Origin: Clostridiales bacterium
Lineage (GTDB): Bacteria > Bacillota > Clostridia > Christensenellales > UBA1750
DNA: 58,232 nt
Reading direction: 5' to 3'
Assembly (NCBI GenBank): GCA_015056005.1
Contig: SVHB01000005.1
Span: 1 to 58,232, forward strand
Each line of letters opens with the position of its first letter. Within the stretch, counting starts at the first letter, position 1. The notes beneath the pieces were generated by a model. The model worked only from the letters and a program-made list of their open reading frames with translations. It was not told where the DNA came from and did no database searches. The position numbers were made by a program, and so were the translations under genes. Of the stretch, positions 1 to 10,744 are shown one piece after another.

Positions 1-31
1 TTTCGGGCATGGGATATACCATGCCGAAAAG

Positions 32-970
32 ATGATCCGCGATTTTGCATCCAAGGTCAAGACCCTCTATGTTGTAGAAGAGCTCGAGCCCTTCTTCGAG
101 GATCAGATAAAGGCCTGGGGCATTCCCGTATCCGGCAAGGACAAGACCGGTCTTCAGGGCGAGCTTTCCGTACTCAAGGTCGCCAAGGCTTTCGGCGGCG
201 TGGTCAGAGAGACTCCCATCGCTCCCGCGCTTGACGCTCCCATCCGTCCTCCTGTGCTTTGCCCCGGCTGCCCCCACAGAGCGGTGTTCTATATGCTAAA
301 CAAGCTTAAGCTCAGGGTCGCCGCCGACATCGGCTGCTATACCCTCGGCGCGCTTGCTCCTTTAAGCGCTGTTGATTCCGTGCTTTGCATGGGCGCATCC
401 ATCGGTATGGGCACCGGCATGAGCAGAGCAAGGGGCGCGGAGTTCACCCGCGGCACCGTATCGGTCATCGGTGATTCCACCTTCCTGCACTCGGGCGTTA
501 CCGGTCTTATCGACATGGTATACAACCGTTCCACCGGCACCGTCATCATTTTGGACAACCGCACCACCGGCATGACCGGTCATCAGGAGCACGCGGGCAC
601 CGGCAAGGATATCCGCGGAAATGAAGCTCACGCTCTTGATTTTGAACAGCTGGTCAGAGCCTGCGGCGTTGAAGACGTACAGGTCGTCGATCCCTTTGAT
701 CTTGCAGCTCTTCAGAAGGCTATCAAGGCGGCAACGAGCAGCGACGCTCCTTCCGTGATCATCGCACGCCGTCCCTGCGCACTGCTTATCAAGACCAAGA
801 CTCCCCCCGTTAAGGTCGAAGGCTGCAAAAACTGCGGCGCATGCATGAAGATCGGCTGCCCCGCTATCATCAGAGGCGAAAACGGTGTTTCCATTGATAC
901 TTCGCTTTGCACCGGCTGCGGCCTTTGCAAGCAGGTATGCCCGTTCGGCTGCATAAAGGGAGAGGAATAA
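32..970 (+). CDS. iorA: Indolepyruvate:ferredoxin oxidoreductase alpha subunit, 5'-truncated at the window edge
   Basis: RPPVLCPGCPHR, DIGCYTL, TPP motif GDSTFLHSG..N and two C-terminal 4Fe-4S motifs; followed by the beta subunit. Confidence 0.93.
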   Translation: MIRDFASKVKTLYVVEELEPFFEDQIKAWGIPVSGKDKTGLQGELSVLKVAKAFGGVVRETPIAPALDAPIRPPVLCPGCPHRAVFYMLNKLKLRVAADIGCYTLGALAPLSAVDSVLCMGASIGMGTGMSRARGAEFTRGTVSVIGDSTFLHSGVTGLIDMVYNRSTGTVIILDNRTTGMTGHQEHAGTGKDIRGNEAHALDFEQLVRACGVEDVQVVDPFDLAALQKAIKAATSSDAPSVIIARRPCALLIKTKTPPVKVEGCKNCGACMKIGCPAIIRGENGVSIDTSLCTGCGLCKQVCPFGCIKGEE

Positions 971-971
971 T

Positions 972-1556
972 ATGTTAGAGATAGTAATCGTAGGCGTTGG
1001 CGGTCAGGGTACTCTTTTGGCCAGCCGCATCTTAGGCGCACTTGCAATAGACAGGAATATGGACGTTAAGGTTTCCGAAGTGCATGGCATGAGCCAGCGC
1101 GGCGGCAGCGTTATTACCCACGTCCGCATAGGTACAAACGGCGAGACCGTATATTCTCCCCTCGTTGAAGACGGCGGAGCGGATTTCGTTTTGTCCTTTG
1201 AAGCACTTGAAGCGTACCGTGCTGCCCGTTACCTTAAAGCCGGCGGCATGATAGTCACGGGCGACCAGCAGATCCTGCCCATGCCCGTTATCACCGGCGC
1301 TGCCAAATATCCGGCAGACGCTCTGGGAAAGGCAGGTGAGATGGCAAAGGTATTATCGCTGGATGCTCTTAAGATCGCCGAAGAATGCGGTTCGGTCAGA
1401 AGTGCAAACGTCGTTCTTATAGGTTCCATGGCGAGATACCTTCCGTTTACCAAGGAAGAGGTTCGCAAGGCTGTTGCCTTATGCGTACCGCCCAAAACGG
1501 TAGACGTGAACCTGGCCGCATTTGAAAAGGGTTACGAATTAGGCGCAGCCCTGTAA
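972..1556 (+). CDS. iorB: Indolepyruvate:ferredoxin oxidoreductase beta subunit
   Basis: GVGGQG and SEVHGMSQRGGSV motifs; adjacent to iorA. Confidence 0.93.
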   Translation: MLEIVIVGVGGQGTLLASRILGALAIDRNMDVKVSEVHGMSQRGGSVITHVRIGTNGETVYSPLVEDGGADFVLSFEALEAYRAARYLKAGGMIVTGDQQILPMPVITGAAKYPADALGKAGEMAKVLSLDALKIAEECGSVRSANVVLIGSMARYLPFTKEEVRKAVALCVPPKTVDVNLAAFEKGYELGAAL

Positions 1557-1591
1557 AAGCGGCATAAATGCCATCCAAGGAGAATAAACAA

Positions 1592-2899
1592 ATGTACTAT
1601 AACCCACTTATCGAAACTATGCCCCGTGAGGAGCTGAACAAGCTCCAGCTTGAAAGACTTCAAAGCACCGTAAAGCGCGTATATGAAAAGGTTGAGCCTT
1701 ATCGCAATAAGATGGACCAGAAGGGTGTTAAGCCCGAGGATATCCGTTCTCTTGCTGATATCAAATACCTGCCTTTCAACGACAAGACCGATCTTAGGGA
1801 TTTCTATCCCAACAAGCTTTTCGCGGTTCCTATGACCGATATCGTCAGGATCCACGCAAGCTCCGGCACCACCGGCAAGCCCATCGTTGTCGGCTACACC
1901 AAAAAGGATCTTGAAAGCTGGGCCGAAGTCATGGCTCGTTCCCTCGCCTGCGCTCACGGCAGCAACGAGGACATCGTTCAGGTATCCTACGGCTACGGTC
2001 TTTTCACCGGCGGCCTTGGCGCACACGGCGGCGCCGAGCATCTGGGGGCGACCGTTATCCCCACCTCGGGCGGCAACTCCAAGCGTCAGATCATGATGAT
2101 GACAGACCTTGGCACCACCATGCTCTGCTGCACTCCTTCCTACGCCATCAACCTTGGCGAGACCATCCGTGACATGGGCATCGACAAATCTCAGCTCAAG
2201 CTCAAGTCCGGCATTTTCGGTGCAGAGCCCTGGACCGAGGCTATGCGCGCTCAGATCGAAGAGCTCCTGGGGCTCAAGGCATACGATATTTACGGTCTGT
2301 CCGAGATGATCGGTCCCGGCGTTGCCATGGAATGCGACGCAAGGAAGGGTCTGCACATCTGGGAAGATCAGTTCATCGCAGAAGTTGTTGATCCCGCAAC
2401 CGGCGAACCTCTTCCCGAGGGCACCAAGGGCGAGCTGGTGTTCACCACCATCAACAAAGAGGGCATCCCGATGCTCAGATACCGCACTCACGACCTTACC
2501 ACCCTGCACTATGAGAAATGCGATTGCGGCAGGACTCATGTCCGCATGGAAAAGGTCATGGGCAGAACGGACGACATGCTCATCATCCGCGGTGTAAACG
2601 TATTCCCCAGTCAGGTCGAAGCAGCGCTCGTGGGCATGGAATATGTTTCTCCCCACTATATGCTGGTCGTTGACCGCGTGGGCACCCTTGATACTCTCGA
2701 GGTCATGGTCGAGATCGCTCAGCTGCCCGCAGACGGCGATACCGTGCGCATCCTCGAGACCCTCAACCGCAAGATCTCCGCTGCTCTTCAGCAGGCGCTG
2801 GGCATTTCCGTAAAGGTACGCCTGGTCGAGCCCGGCACCATCCAGCGCAGCGAGGGCAAGGCAAAGCGCGTTATCGATAACCGCAATTATCTCAAATAA
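1592..2899 (+). CDS. paaK: Phenylacetate-CoA ligase
   Basis: [15 protein letters not shown] and RYRTHD motifs; start moved to ATG 1592 behind AAGGAG. Confidence 0.92.
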   Translation: MYYNPLIETMPREELNKLQLERLQSTVKRVYEKVEPYRNKMDQKGVKPEDIRSLADIKYLPFNDKTDLRDFYPNKLFAVPMTDIVRIHASSGTTGKPIVVGYTKKDLESWAEVMARSLACAHGSNEDIVQVSYGYGLFTGGLGAHGGAEHLGATVIPTSGGNSKRQIMMMTDLGTTMLCCTPSYAINLGETIRDMGIDKSQLKLKSGIFGAEPWTEAMRAQIEELLGLKAYDIYGLSEMIGPGVAMECDARKGLHIWEDQFIAEVVDPATGEPLPEGTKGELVFTTINKEGIPMLRYRTHDLTTLHYEKCDCGRTHVRMEKVMGRTDDMLIIRGVNVFPSQVEAALVGMEYVSPHYMLVVDRVGTLDTLEVMVEIAQLPADGDTVRILETLNRKISAALQQALGISVKVRLVEPGTIQRSEGKAKRVIDNRNYLK

Positions 2900-2923
2900 A
2901 ACTACAGACAGGAGGCATTTCAA

Positions 2924-3349
2924 ATGTTTGTAAAGCAGATATCAGTTTTTATTGAGAACCGTAAGGGTCGTCTGGCGGACTTCACCAAGGTTCTTGGCGA
3001 TGCGGGCGTTGATCTTGTTGCGCTCTCCGTTGCCGATACCACCGATTTCGGCATCCTTCGCGCTATCGTGACCGATACCGAAAAGGGCGTGAAGGTGCTT
3101 CGTGATGCAGGCTATACCGTGAACATCACCGATGTTCTGGCCGTCGCCGTGCCCGATGTCCCCGGCGGGCTTGCCAAGGTCGTCGGCGTTCTTTCCGAAA
3201 AGAACATCTCCATCGAATACCTCTATTCCTTCGTCCGTAATGTCAACGGCTGCGCGATCATAATCTTCAGAGTCGATCAGCCCGTCCAGACCGCAGATAT
3301 GCTCCGCGAAAATGGCATTACCATCCTCAATCAGGAAGAGATACATTAG
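2924..3349 (+). CDS. Tandem ACT-domain (amino-acid-binding) protein
   Basis: QISVFIENRKGRL and D.PGGL ACT repeats; usual partner of paaK/ior. Confidence 0.88.
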   Translation: MFVKQISVFIENRKGRLADFTKVLGDAGVDLVALSVADTTDFGILRAIVTDTEKGVKVLRDAGYTVNITDVLAVAVPDVPGGLAKVVGVLSEKNISIEYLYSFVRNVNGCAIIIFRVDQPVQTADMLRENGITILNQEEIH

Positions 3350-3359
3350 TCGTTTGTTA

Positions 3360-3510
3360 TTGGGAGAAGGCTTTGCCTTCTCCCAAAGATTTTTCTTCCC
3401 CTGGAAGATAGATTTTAGTCTTCAATCATTTACGTGGAAGAAGGTGTTGCCTTCTCCCACACCCTCATCCACCAAGGGTCTGCAACCCTTGGAACCCGCG
3501 GCTTTGGGAC
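3360..3510. repeat. Dispersed palindromic (REP-like) repeat unit, copy 1
   Basis: Perfect 12-bp hairpin 3360-3386; 3471-3502 matches 32475-32506 at 28/32 nt. Confidence 0.75.
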
Positions 3511-3787
3511 TGAGTAATTTCATACATATGCTTACGCGTGACCCGTAAAGTATGGGTCACGCGTGATTGTTTTTTAGGAGAGTCAGGCTTTAGGGTAGTT
3601 ACTAACTAAAACATGCTTACAGCGCATATTTCACGTACCGCAGGGACATTTACCCTTCACGCGGCGAAAGCCGCATTTCACTGCGTTCGTACCCCGCAAG
3701 AACGCAATTTTCTCTTGAACCTGTCGGTTACTTTTGCTATAATTGAATCACAAATGAAAAAGCAAATACAAAAGGAGCTGAAAAGGA

Positions 3788-4669
3788 ATGAAGTTTTCCG
3801 TTTACTCTGTCGGCATGCCCGAATTTGACATCAAGGAATCCGTTGCGATAGCCAAGAAATACGGCTACGACGGTATTGAATGGCGCGTCGCCCCCATTCC
3901 CGAAAAGGAACCCGAGAGCTATCCCTTTGAGCGCCGCTATTGGGCTTGGAACAAATCCACTCTCGATGAGAAAAATATAATCGAAGATGCACAAAAAGCA
4001 AAGGCTTACTGCGACGAAGCAGGGCTTGAGATATACGGTCTTGCCACCGCCCTTGGCGTATATCAGACCGAGCTGGTCACCGATGCCATCATCGCTGCAG
4101 GCAAGATCGGCTGCCCCATCATCCGCGCAGGTCTTGTCAGCTACGATCCCTACAAGGCAGAAAAGCCCTATAATGAGCTTGTTAAGGACACCAAGGCTAA
4201 GCTTCTGGAATACCTGCCCCTGCTCAAGGAAAACAATGTAAAGATCGTTCTTGAAACGCATCACGGCACCATGATCGCAAGCGCAAGCGCCGCTTACCGC
4301 GTGCTGGAAGGCCTTGACCCCACCTACTACGGCGTCATCTTCGATCCCGGCAACATGGTCGGCGAAGGCTATGAGGATTACAGAAAAGGCTTTGACATTC
4401 TCGGTCCCTATCTTGCCCATGTGCACATCAAGAACTCCGCTCTTGAATATGCAGGCGAGGACGAGCTCGGCTCCGCGATCTACAGGAGTGTTCAGAAGCC
4501 TCTCAACAAGGGTGCGGCAGATCTCAAAAAGCTGTTCGTCGCGCTCAACTCCGTAGGCTACGAAGGCGTTGTCTCAACAGAAGACTTCTCCAACGACGTT
4601 TCCACCGAAGAAAAGCTCGCCTTCAACATCGAATATCTCAAGAAGCTTTACGAAGCCGCAAAGAAATAA
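3788..4669 (+). CDS. Sugar phosphate isomerase/epimerase (xylose isomerase-like TIM barrel)
   Basis: GYDGIEW, LETH, FDPGN, HVHIK and STE metal-ligand pattern. Confidence 0.85.
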   Translation: MKFSVYSVGMPEFDIKESVAIAKKYGYDGIEWRVAPIPEKEPESYPFERRYWAWNKSTLDEKNIIEDAQKAKAYCDEAGLEIYGLATALGVYQTELVTDAIIAAGKIGCPIIRAGLVSYDPYKAEKPYNELVKDTKAKLLEYLPLLKENNVKIVLETHHGTMIASASAAYRVLEGLDPTYYGVIFDPGNMVGEGYEDYRKGFDILGPYLAHVHIKNSALEYAGEDELGSAIYRSVQKPLNKGAADLKKLFVALNSVGYEGVVSTEDFSNDVSTEEKLAFNIEYLKKLYEAAKK

Positions 4670-4684
4670 GTAATATCAATTTAT

Positions 4685-4712
4685 GGGGCAGAATTTTCTG
4701 CCCCTACTTTTT
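4685..4712 (+). terminator. Probable intrinsic terminator
   Basis: GGGGCAGAA/TTCTGCCCC hairpin followed by a T-run. Confidence 0.6.
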
Positions 4713-4726
4713 AGCAGGAGACTTAT

Positions 4727-5527
4727 ATGCCATTAAAATGGAGAGAAAACATCAGGGAAACCGATGTTAACACAATACTTTTGCTTGATGATTTGCATTT
4801 CAGCTATCTTAAGCTTGACGGAATAAACAAAAACCTTGCTCATATCATCAATCATTACCCCTACATCGGCTGGTTTATCAAAAACAAACTTCCCGACTAC
4901 AGCGACTGGGTCGACAGCATGATCGAATATGCAAAAAACGTGCCCGAGCCTTCCAATATGAATACCGTTATCGGTGACTTTTTTGAAAACATATTTGACT
5001 GGGTGATTTATGTTACCGATCCAAACGATTACCATAAGCTTTCGTTTGTCGGCTGGGATGAAGAAGAAATGCTTTGTCTTACCGATTTTTCAGACAAGGT
5101 CGTTGTGGATATAGGCTCCGGCACAGGCAAGCAGGCTTTTGCCGCAGCAAAAACCGCCAAAACCGTGTATTGCGTAGAACCTGTATGGAATCTAAGGCAA
5201 TACCTCAAAAAGCGTGCAAAGGCAGAAAATCACGACAATATTTACGTGGTTGACGGTACGGTAACCGAATTGCCCTATGCGGACGCATTTGCCGATATAG
5301 TGACCTCAGGTCATGTTGTCGGCGATGATATTGACGCAGAGATCAAAGAGATGGAACGCATAACAAAAAAAGGCGGCATGGTGATCATGTGCCCCGGCAA
5401 CGACGATTCCGATAATTCATTTCATAAACAGATAATTTCCCACGGCTATTCATGGGACAGATTCCTTGAACCCGGAAACGACGACGGTTCCGGCTGGAAA
5501 CGCAAATATTGGAAGATAATCGAATAA
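4727..5527 (+). CDS. Class I SAM-dependent methyltransferase
   Basis: VVDIGSGTG motif I, then CVEP, ADIV and KKGG. Confidence 0.85.
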   Translation: MPLKWRENIRETDVNTILLLDDLHFSYLKLDGINKNLAHIINHYPYIGWFIKNKLPDYSDWVDSMIEYAKNVPEPSNMNTVIGDFFENIFDWVIYVTDPNDYHKLSFVGWDEEEMLCLTDFSDKVVVDIGSGTGKQAFAAAKTAKTVYCVEPVWNLRQYLKKRAKAENHDNIYVVDGTVTELPYADAFADIVTSGHVVGDDIDAEIKEMERITKKGGMVIMCPGNDDSDNSFHKQIISHGYSWDRFLEPGNDDGSGWKRKYWKIIE

Positions 5528-5548
5528 GTGCATCAAAACAAAAACAAA

Positions 5549-5574
5549 AAAGCTTCCGAAAATTCGGAAGCTTT
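5549..5574. terminator. Bidirectional terminator
   Basis: AAAGCTTCCGA-N4-TCGGAAGCTTT between convergent genes. Confidence 0.75.
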
Positions 5575-5588
5575 ATTGTTAAGAAGAA

Positions 5589-6239
5589 TTACTTCTTCAT
5601 CTGACCCATAACTTCTTCAACGAAGTTGTCTTCGCGCTTCTGGAGGCCTTCGCCCATTTCGAAGCGGACGAAACGACGGATGGTGATCTTTTCGCCGATG
5701 GTGGCAACAGACTCGGTAACGAGCTGGGAGATGGTCTTGTCAGTGTCCTTAACGAACAGCTGGTCAAGCAGGCAGTTGTCGGTGTAGAACTTCTTGATGC
5801 GGCCTTCAACCATCTTTTCGACGATCTTTTCGGGCTTGCCTTCGTTCAGAGCCTGAGCGCGGAGGATTTCCTTTTCCTTCTCGAGGATCTCAGCGGGAAC
5901 TTCTTCGGCGTTGAGGTAGGTGGGCTTCGCAGCAGCGATGTGCATAGCGATGTCGTGTACCAGAGCCTTGAACTGTTCGGTCTTTGCAACGAAGTCGGTC
6001 TCGCAGTTAACTTCGACCATAACGCCGATCTTGCCACCCATGTGGATGTAGCTGTCTACGATACCTTCGGCAGCGATCCTGCCGGCCTTCTTGGCGGCGG
6101 AAGCGAGGCCCTTTTCACGGAGCAGTTCAGCGGCGCGCTCCATATCGCCGTCGGTCTCAACGAGAGCCTTTTTGCAATCCATCATGCCAACGCCGGTGCG
6201 CTCGCGAAGGATCTTGACGTCTGCAGCAGAAATAGCCAT
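5589..6239 (-). CDS. tsf: Elongation factor Ts (short form)
   Basis: [16 protein letters not shown] and EVNCETDFV motifs; start at ATG 6239 behind GGAGG. Confidence 0.97.
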   Translation of the reverse strand: MAISAADVKILRERTGVGMMDCKKALVETDGDMERAAELLREKGLASAAKKAGRIAAEGIVDSYIHMGGKIGVMVEVNCETDFVAKTEQFKALVHDIAMHIAAAKPTYLNAEEVPAEILEKEKEILRAQALNEGKPEKIVEKMVEGRIKKFYTDNCLLDQLFVKDTDKTISQLVTESVATIGEKITIRRFVRFEMGEGLQKREDNFVEEVMGQMKK

Positions 6240-6260
6240 TGCATTTTCCTCCAATAAAAA

Positions 6261-7019
<759 letters not shown>

Positions 7020-7029
7020 GAAAAATTTC

Positions 7030-7141
7030 CTCCTTAATTCCTCCCCGCGCATAAAGTTTTTCCGTAAATGTTCAGGAGACGGATTTACGCGGGTGCGTTT
7101 TGCAACTTGTTTATTATAACACGTTTTTTTGCCCCATGCAA
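7030..7141 (-). promoter_or_regulatory. rpsB promoter and structured 5' leader
   Basis: TTGCAT(7141-7136)-17-TATAAT(7118-7113) with extended TG; leader has nested pairings such as TCCGT/ACGGA. Confidence 0.6.
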
Positions 7142-7187
7142 CAGGGAAATCGTTATTTTCAGCCATATTTTCAATATTTTATTTGCA

Positions 7188-7216
7188 TTGAAGAGGTCTG
7201 TTTACTGTGATATAAT
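7188..7216 (+). promoter_or_regulatory. sigmaA-type promoter of the alpha-xylosidase gene
   Basis: TTGAAG-17-TATAAT with extended TG. Confidence 0.6.
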
Positions 7217-7249
7217 GATACGGTAAATAAACACAAGAGGATAATACAT

Positions 7250-9514
7250 ATGAAATTTACAGACGGATTCTGGAAATTGAAGCCGGGAGTATCAATGATA
7301 CCCGTAATGGAAGTCAAGGACAAGTTTTTTGACGGGAAGACCCTTACCGTTTTTTGCTCCGATGTATTGCACGCAGGCAGGGCCCAAGCGGTCGACCGCC
7401 CAATGATCACGATAGAGTTCTCCGCTCCAAGAGAAGATGTTATCGGAGTAAAGCTTATCCATCACGACGGAAGCACAAAAAAGCTCCCCGCATTCGATAT
7501 TTTCGAAGATGAAAATGCGCCCGAATTCTTTGAAGACGACGCTTCCATCGTTTTTTGCAGCGGAGCTACGAAGGTCATAATAACCAAAAGCCCTTATTCG
7601 CTCGCTTTTTATAAGGGCGAAAGACTTCTGACCAAGAGCTTGAACAAATGCGCTTCCTATATGAAGACAGACATCGGTCCCTTCATGCGCGAGCAGCTCA
7701 CCCTTGACGTGGGTGAATGTGTCTACGGGCTTGGAGAAAGGTTCACACCCTTTGTCAAAAACGGACAGGTCGTGGATATGTGGAACGAGGACGGCGGCAC
7801 CGCCTCCGAGATATCCTATAAAAACATTCCCTTCTATGTTACCAACCGCGGTGTAGGCGTTTTTGTCAACACTCCCGCGCCGGTCAGCTTTGAGGTAGCC
7901 TCCGAGGTCGTTTCCCGCGTTCAGATGAGCCTTGCGGGCGAAAAACTGCAGTATTATGTTATCGGCGGAGACGATATAAAAGAAGTCATCTCCAATTTCT
8001 GCTCTCTTACGGGAAAGCCCGCCCTGCCCCCTGCATGGTCTTTCGGGCTTTGGCTCACCACGTCGTTTACCACCGATTACGACGAAAAAACGGTCAGCAG
8101 CTTTATCGACGGAATGGCTCAAAGGGATATCCCCCTTCGCGTTTTCCATTTCGACTGCTATTGGATGAAGGAATACGAGTGGTGCAATTTTACTTGGGAT
8201 GAACGTGTTTTCCCGGACCCCACAGAGATGCTCAGGCGCTATCACGAAAAAGGGCTCAAGATCTGCTGCTGGATAAACCCCTATATCGCCCAGAAATCTC
8301 CGCTTTTCAAGGAAGGCAGGGATAACGGTTATCTCTTAAAGCGCGCAAACGGCGATGTCTGGCAGTGGGATATGTGGCAGGCGGGCATGGGTCTTGTTGA
8401 TTTCACCAATCCGGATGCGACAAAATGGTATCTTTCCAAGCTCGAAGCACTCCTTGATATGGGCGTTGACTGCTTCAAGACCGATTTTGGAGAGAGGATC
8501 CCCACCGACGTTGTTTATTTCGACGGCTCCGATCCCGTTTACATGCACAATTATTATACCCACCTTTACAACAAAGCAGTATTTGATCTGCTGGAAAGTA
8601 AGCTGGGCAAAAATGAAGCCTGTCTTTTCGCCCGCAGCGCTACCGCCGGCGGCCAGAGGTACCCAGTACACTGGGGCGGCGATTGCGTGAGCGAATATTA
8701 CTCAATGGCAGAGAGCCTCAGAGCCGGTCTTTCCCTCACCTCAAGCGGCTTTGCCTTCTGGAGCCATGATATCTCCGGCTTTGAAAATACCGCTACTCCC
8801 GATCTTTACAAGCGCTGGGCTGCGTTCGGTCTGCTTTCCACCCACAGCAGGCTGCACGGCAGCAAATCCTACCGCGTCCCGTGGCTCTTTGACGACGAAG
8901 CCTGCGATGTGGTCAAATTCTTTACCAACCTCAAATGCCGCCTTATGCCCTATATCTACGCAATGGCGGTCAATGCATCAAAAACCGGCGTTCCTGTCAT
9001 GCGCTCTATGGCTATGGAATTTTTCTCAGATCCCGCCTGCGACAGCCTTGACAGGCAGTATATGCTGGGCGACAACATCCTTGTTGCTCCCGTTTTCAGC
9101 GAGAATAAGACAGCGCAGTGGTATCTGCCCGACGGCACCTGGACTCACCTTCTCTCCCAAAAAAGCTATAAAGGCGGCAGATGGTATAAGGAAGAATTCG
9201 ATTACTTCTCCCTGCCCCTGTTTGCAAGAGAAAATTCGATAATCGTTACGGGTTACTGCGATACCCTGCCCGACTATGACTATACCTTCCTTCCCACCGC
9301 GACCTTATACGAGCTAAACGATAAGGCATCAAGCGAAGTTTACGATATAGACGGCAAGCTCAAGCAGCGCATAGATGCAAAAAGAGAAGGAAGCCGCATC
9401 AATATCAGCCTGCTTTCACCTGCAAAGGGAATGAAGATCGAAATAAAAGCAGGAGATATTTCAAAAACCGTGCAGATCGCAGACGACAGGCTTACACTCA
9501 CGATAGATATATAG
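7250..9514 (+). CDS. yicI: Alpha-xylosidase, GH31
   Basis: MKFTDGFW start; FHFDCYWM, nucleophile KTDFGERIP and acid/base HWGGD motifs. Confidence 0.95.
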   Translation: MKFTDGFWKLKPGVSMIPVMEVKDKFFDGKTLTVFCSDVLHAGRAQAVDRPMITIEFSAPREDVIGVKLIHHDGSTKKLPAFDIFEDENAPEFFEDDASIVFCSGATKVIITKSPYSLAFYKGERLLTKSLNKCASYMKTDIGPFMREQLTLDVGECVYGLGERFTPFVKNGQVVDMWNEDGGTASEISYKNIPFYVTNRGVGVFVNTPAPVSFEVASEVVSRVQMSLAGEKLQYYVIGGDDIKEVISNFCSLTGKPALPPAWSFGLWLTTSFTTDYDEKTVSSFIDGMAQRDIPLRVFHFDCYWMKEYEWCNFTWDERVFPDPTEMLRRYHEKGLKICCWINPYIAQKSPLFKEGRDNGYLLKRANGDVWQWDMWQAGMGLVDFTNPDATKWYLSKLEALLDMGVDCFKTDFGERIPTDVVYFDGSDPVYMHNYYTHLYNKAVFDLLESKLGKNEACLFARSATAGGQRYPVHWGGDCVSEYYSMAESLRAGLSLTSSGFAFWSHDISGFENTATPDLYKRWAAFGLLSTHSRLHGSKSYRVPWLFDDEACDVVKFFTNLKCRLMPYIYAMAVNASKTGVPVMRSMAMEFFSDPACDSLDRQYMLGDNILVAPVFSENKTAQWYLPDGTWTHLLSQKSYKGGRWYKEEFDYFSLPLFARENSIIVTGYCDTLPDYDYTFLPTATLYELNDKASSEVYDIDGKLKQRIDAKREGSRINISLLSPAKGMKIEIKAGDISKTVQIADDRLTLTIDI

Positions 9515-9526
9515 GAGGATATATAA

Positions 9527-10216
9527 ATGGAACTTACAAACAAAGTGACCGCTTTTATGAAGGAGATCGGCGCCGATCTGGTCGGTATTGGTGATGTTGA
9601 AGGGATCGCTCCCGAAGGATTCAGGCGCGCCGTGGTCTGCGCCGTTGCCGTCCCGCTTGATATCGTACGCAAGATTCCCGAAGGCCCCACTCCCGATTAT
9701 CCCGAAAAATACGAAACTATGAACAAATATATGGATATGATAGCCGTAAAGGGCGCGGAGTTCATCAACTCTCTTGGCTATCGTTCTATTCCCCTTGTTG
9801 GCTCAAATGTCAAGATCAACAGAGAAAAAATGATGAGCGAATTCCCCTATAAGACCGCCGCCACAAGAGCAGGCCTTGGCTGGATCGGCAAAAACGACCT
9901 TCTCATTACTCCTCAGTTTGGTCCCGGAATCAGGCTCACTGTCGTCCTCACCGACGCGCCCCTTAAAGCCGCAGTGCCTGTAAACGAATCCGGCTGCGGC
10001 AGCTGCAGCGCATGCGTTGACATTTGCCCCGGAAAAGCCATATCCGGCAAGCTCTGGTACGCGGGCATCAATCGCGAAGAGCTTGTAAACATAGAATTGT
10101 GCATGAAGGGCGCGGCGCAGGTTGCCGAAAAGACACTCGGCAAGCCCTCAGGCCTTTGCGGAAAATGCTTCGCAGTCTGCCCCTATACTCAAAAATACTT
10201 AAACAGCGCCAAATAG
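9527..10216 (+). CDS. QueG-like (epoxyqueuosine reductase family) 4Fe-4S protein
   Basis: KTAATRAGLGWIGKN.L, CGSCSACVDICP and CGKCFAVCP. Confidence 0.8.
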   Translation: MELTNKVTAFMKEIGADLVGIGDVEGIAPEGFRRAVVCAVAVPLDIVRKIPEGPTPDYPEKYETMNKYMDMIAVKGAEFINSLGYRSIPLVGSNVKINREKMMSEFPYKTAATRAGLGWIGKNDLLITPQFGPGIRLTVVLTDAPLKAAVPVNESGCGSCSACVDICPGKAISGKLWYAGINREELVNIELCMKGAAQVAEKTLGKPSGLCGKCFAVCPYTQKYLNSAK

Positions 10217-10217
10217 T

Positions 10218-10257
10218 AAAAAAAGCTTGAGCGGATAAGTACGGTGTCCATAAAACA
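10218..10257 (+). repeat. Left terminal inverted repeat
   Basis: AAAAAAAGCTTGAGCGGATAAGTACGGTGTCCATAAAACA. Confidence 0.88.
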
Positions 10258-10375
10258 GTAAATATTATCGTGTCCAAACACGACTTCAAGTTATATACTT
10301 GGAGTCATGTTTTTGCTTTTACAGAAAGGGAATCTTTCATGAACAGAGAAAGATTTTTGAAAAACAGGAGGTTTT

Positions 10376-10663
10376 ATGAGAACAGGACTTACCAAGAGAG
10401 AAAAGACCACTGCAATCTATTTTGACGCGTACGGCAGCACGATCGATGTGCAGACCCATAACACCGATCTGAAAAAGCGGCTGACCGCATTTACAAAAGA
10501 ATACCCCCAATGCTGCCGCCTGATTGACGATGACGAGCAAGGCGGACTGACCTTTGAGATCGAAAAAGGCAGATTGAGTTTCCAGCTGACTTCGCCGTAC
10601 AGCGAGGATCGGAAAAAGGCGGCAAGTGAGTGGGCGAAGATGCATGGAATTAGCCAAAAATGA
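10376..10663 (+). CDS. Small hypothetical protein of a type I recall from Clostridia mobile elements
   Basis: 95-aa ORF behind AGGAGG, first gene inside the left repeat; no functional motif recognised. Confidence 0.7.
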   Translation: MRTGLTKREKTTAIYFDAYGSTIDVQTHNTDLKKRLTAFTKEYPQCCRLIDDDEQGGLTFEIEKGRLSFQLTSPYSEDRKKAASEWAKMHGISQK

Positions 10664-10682
10664 CGAACAGTGGTGGCGTTGG

Positions 10683-10711
10683 TTGAAAAATTCACATTAT
10701 ATTCGTATAAT
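10683..10711 (+). promoter_or_regulatory. sigmaA-type promoter of the nuclease gene
   Basis: TTGAAA-17-TATAAT; GAGGAGG RBS at 10729-10735. Confidence 0.7.
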
Positions 10712-10744
10712 ATGTATAAAAATCTGTAGAGGAGGCTGTACGAA

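Noticed and set aside
1-31. Apparent frameshift upstream of the iorA ORF (GMGYTMP in one frame, EKMIR in the next)
   Set aside because: It lies in the first 30 bases of the window; an edge or assembly error cannot be told apart from a pseudogene
1532-2923. 463-aa antisense ORF over paaK
   Set aside because: Shadow frame of a codon-biased gene with no recognisable motifs
3589-3609. TTAGGGTAGTTACTAACTAA resembling a DtxR box
   Set aside because: Imperfect symmetry and far from a plausible promoter
3360-3690. Possible CRISPR array in the palindromic repeats here and at 32.4-32.8 kb
   Set aside because: No identical, regularly spaced repeats with unique spacers, and no cas genes
10218-10257. 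Terminal repeat as a Xer/dif site
   Set aside because: No 11-6-11 layout with a TTATG(T)TAAA-type XerD arm
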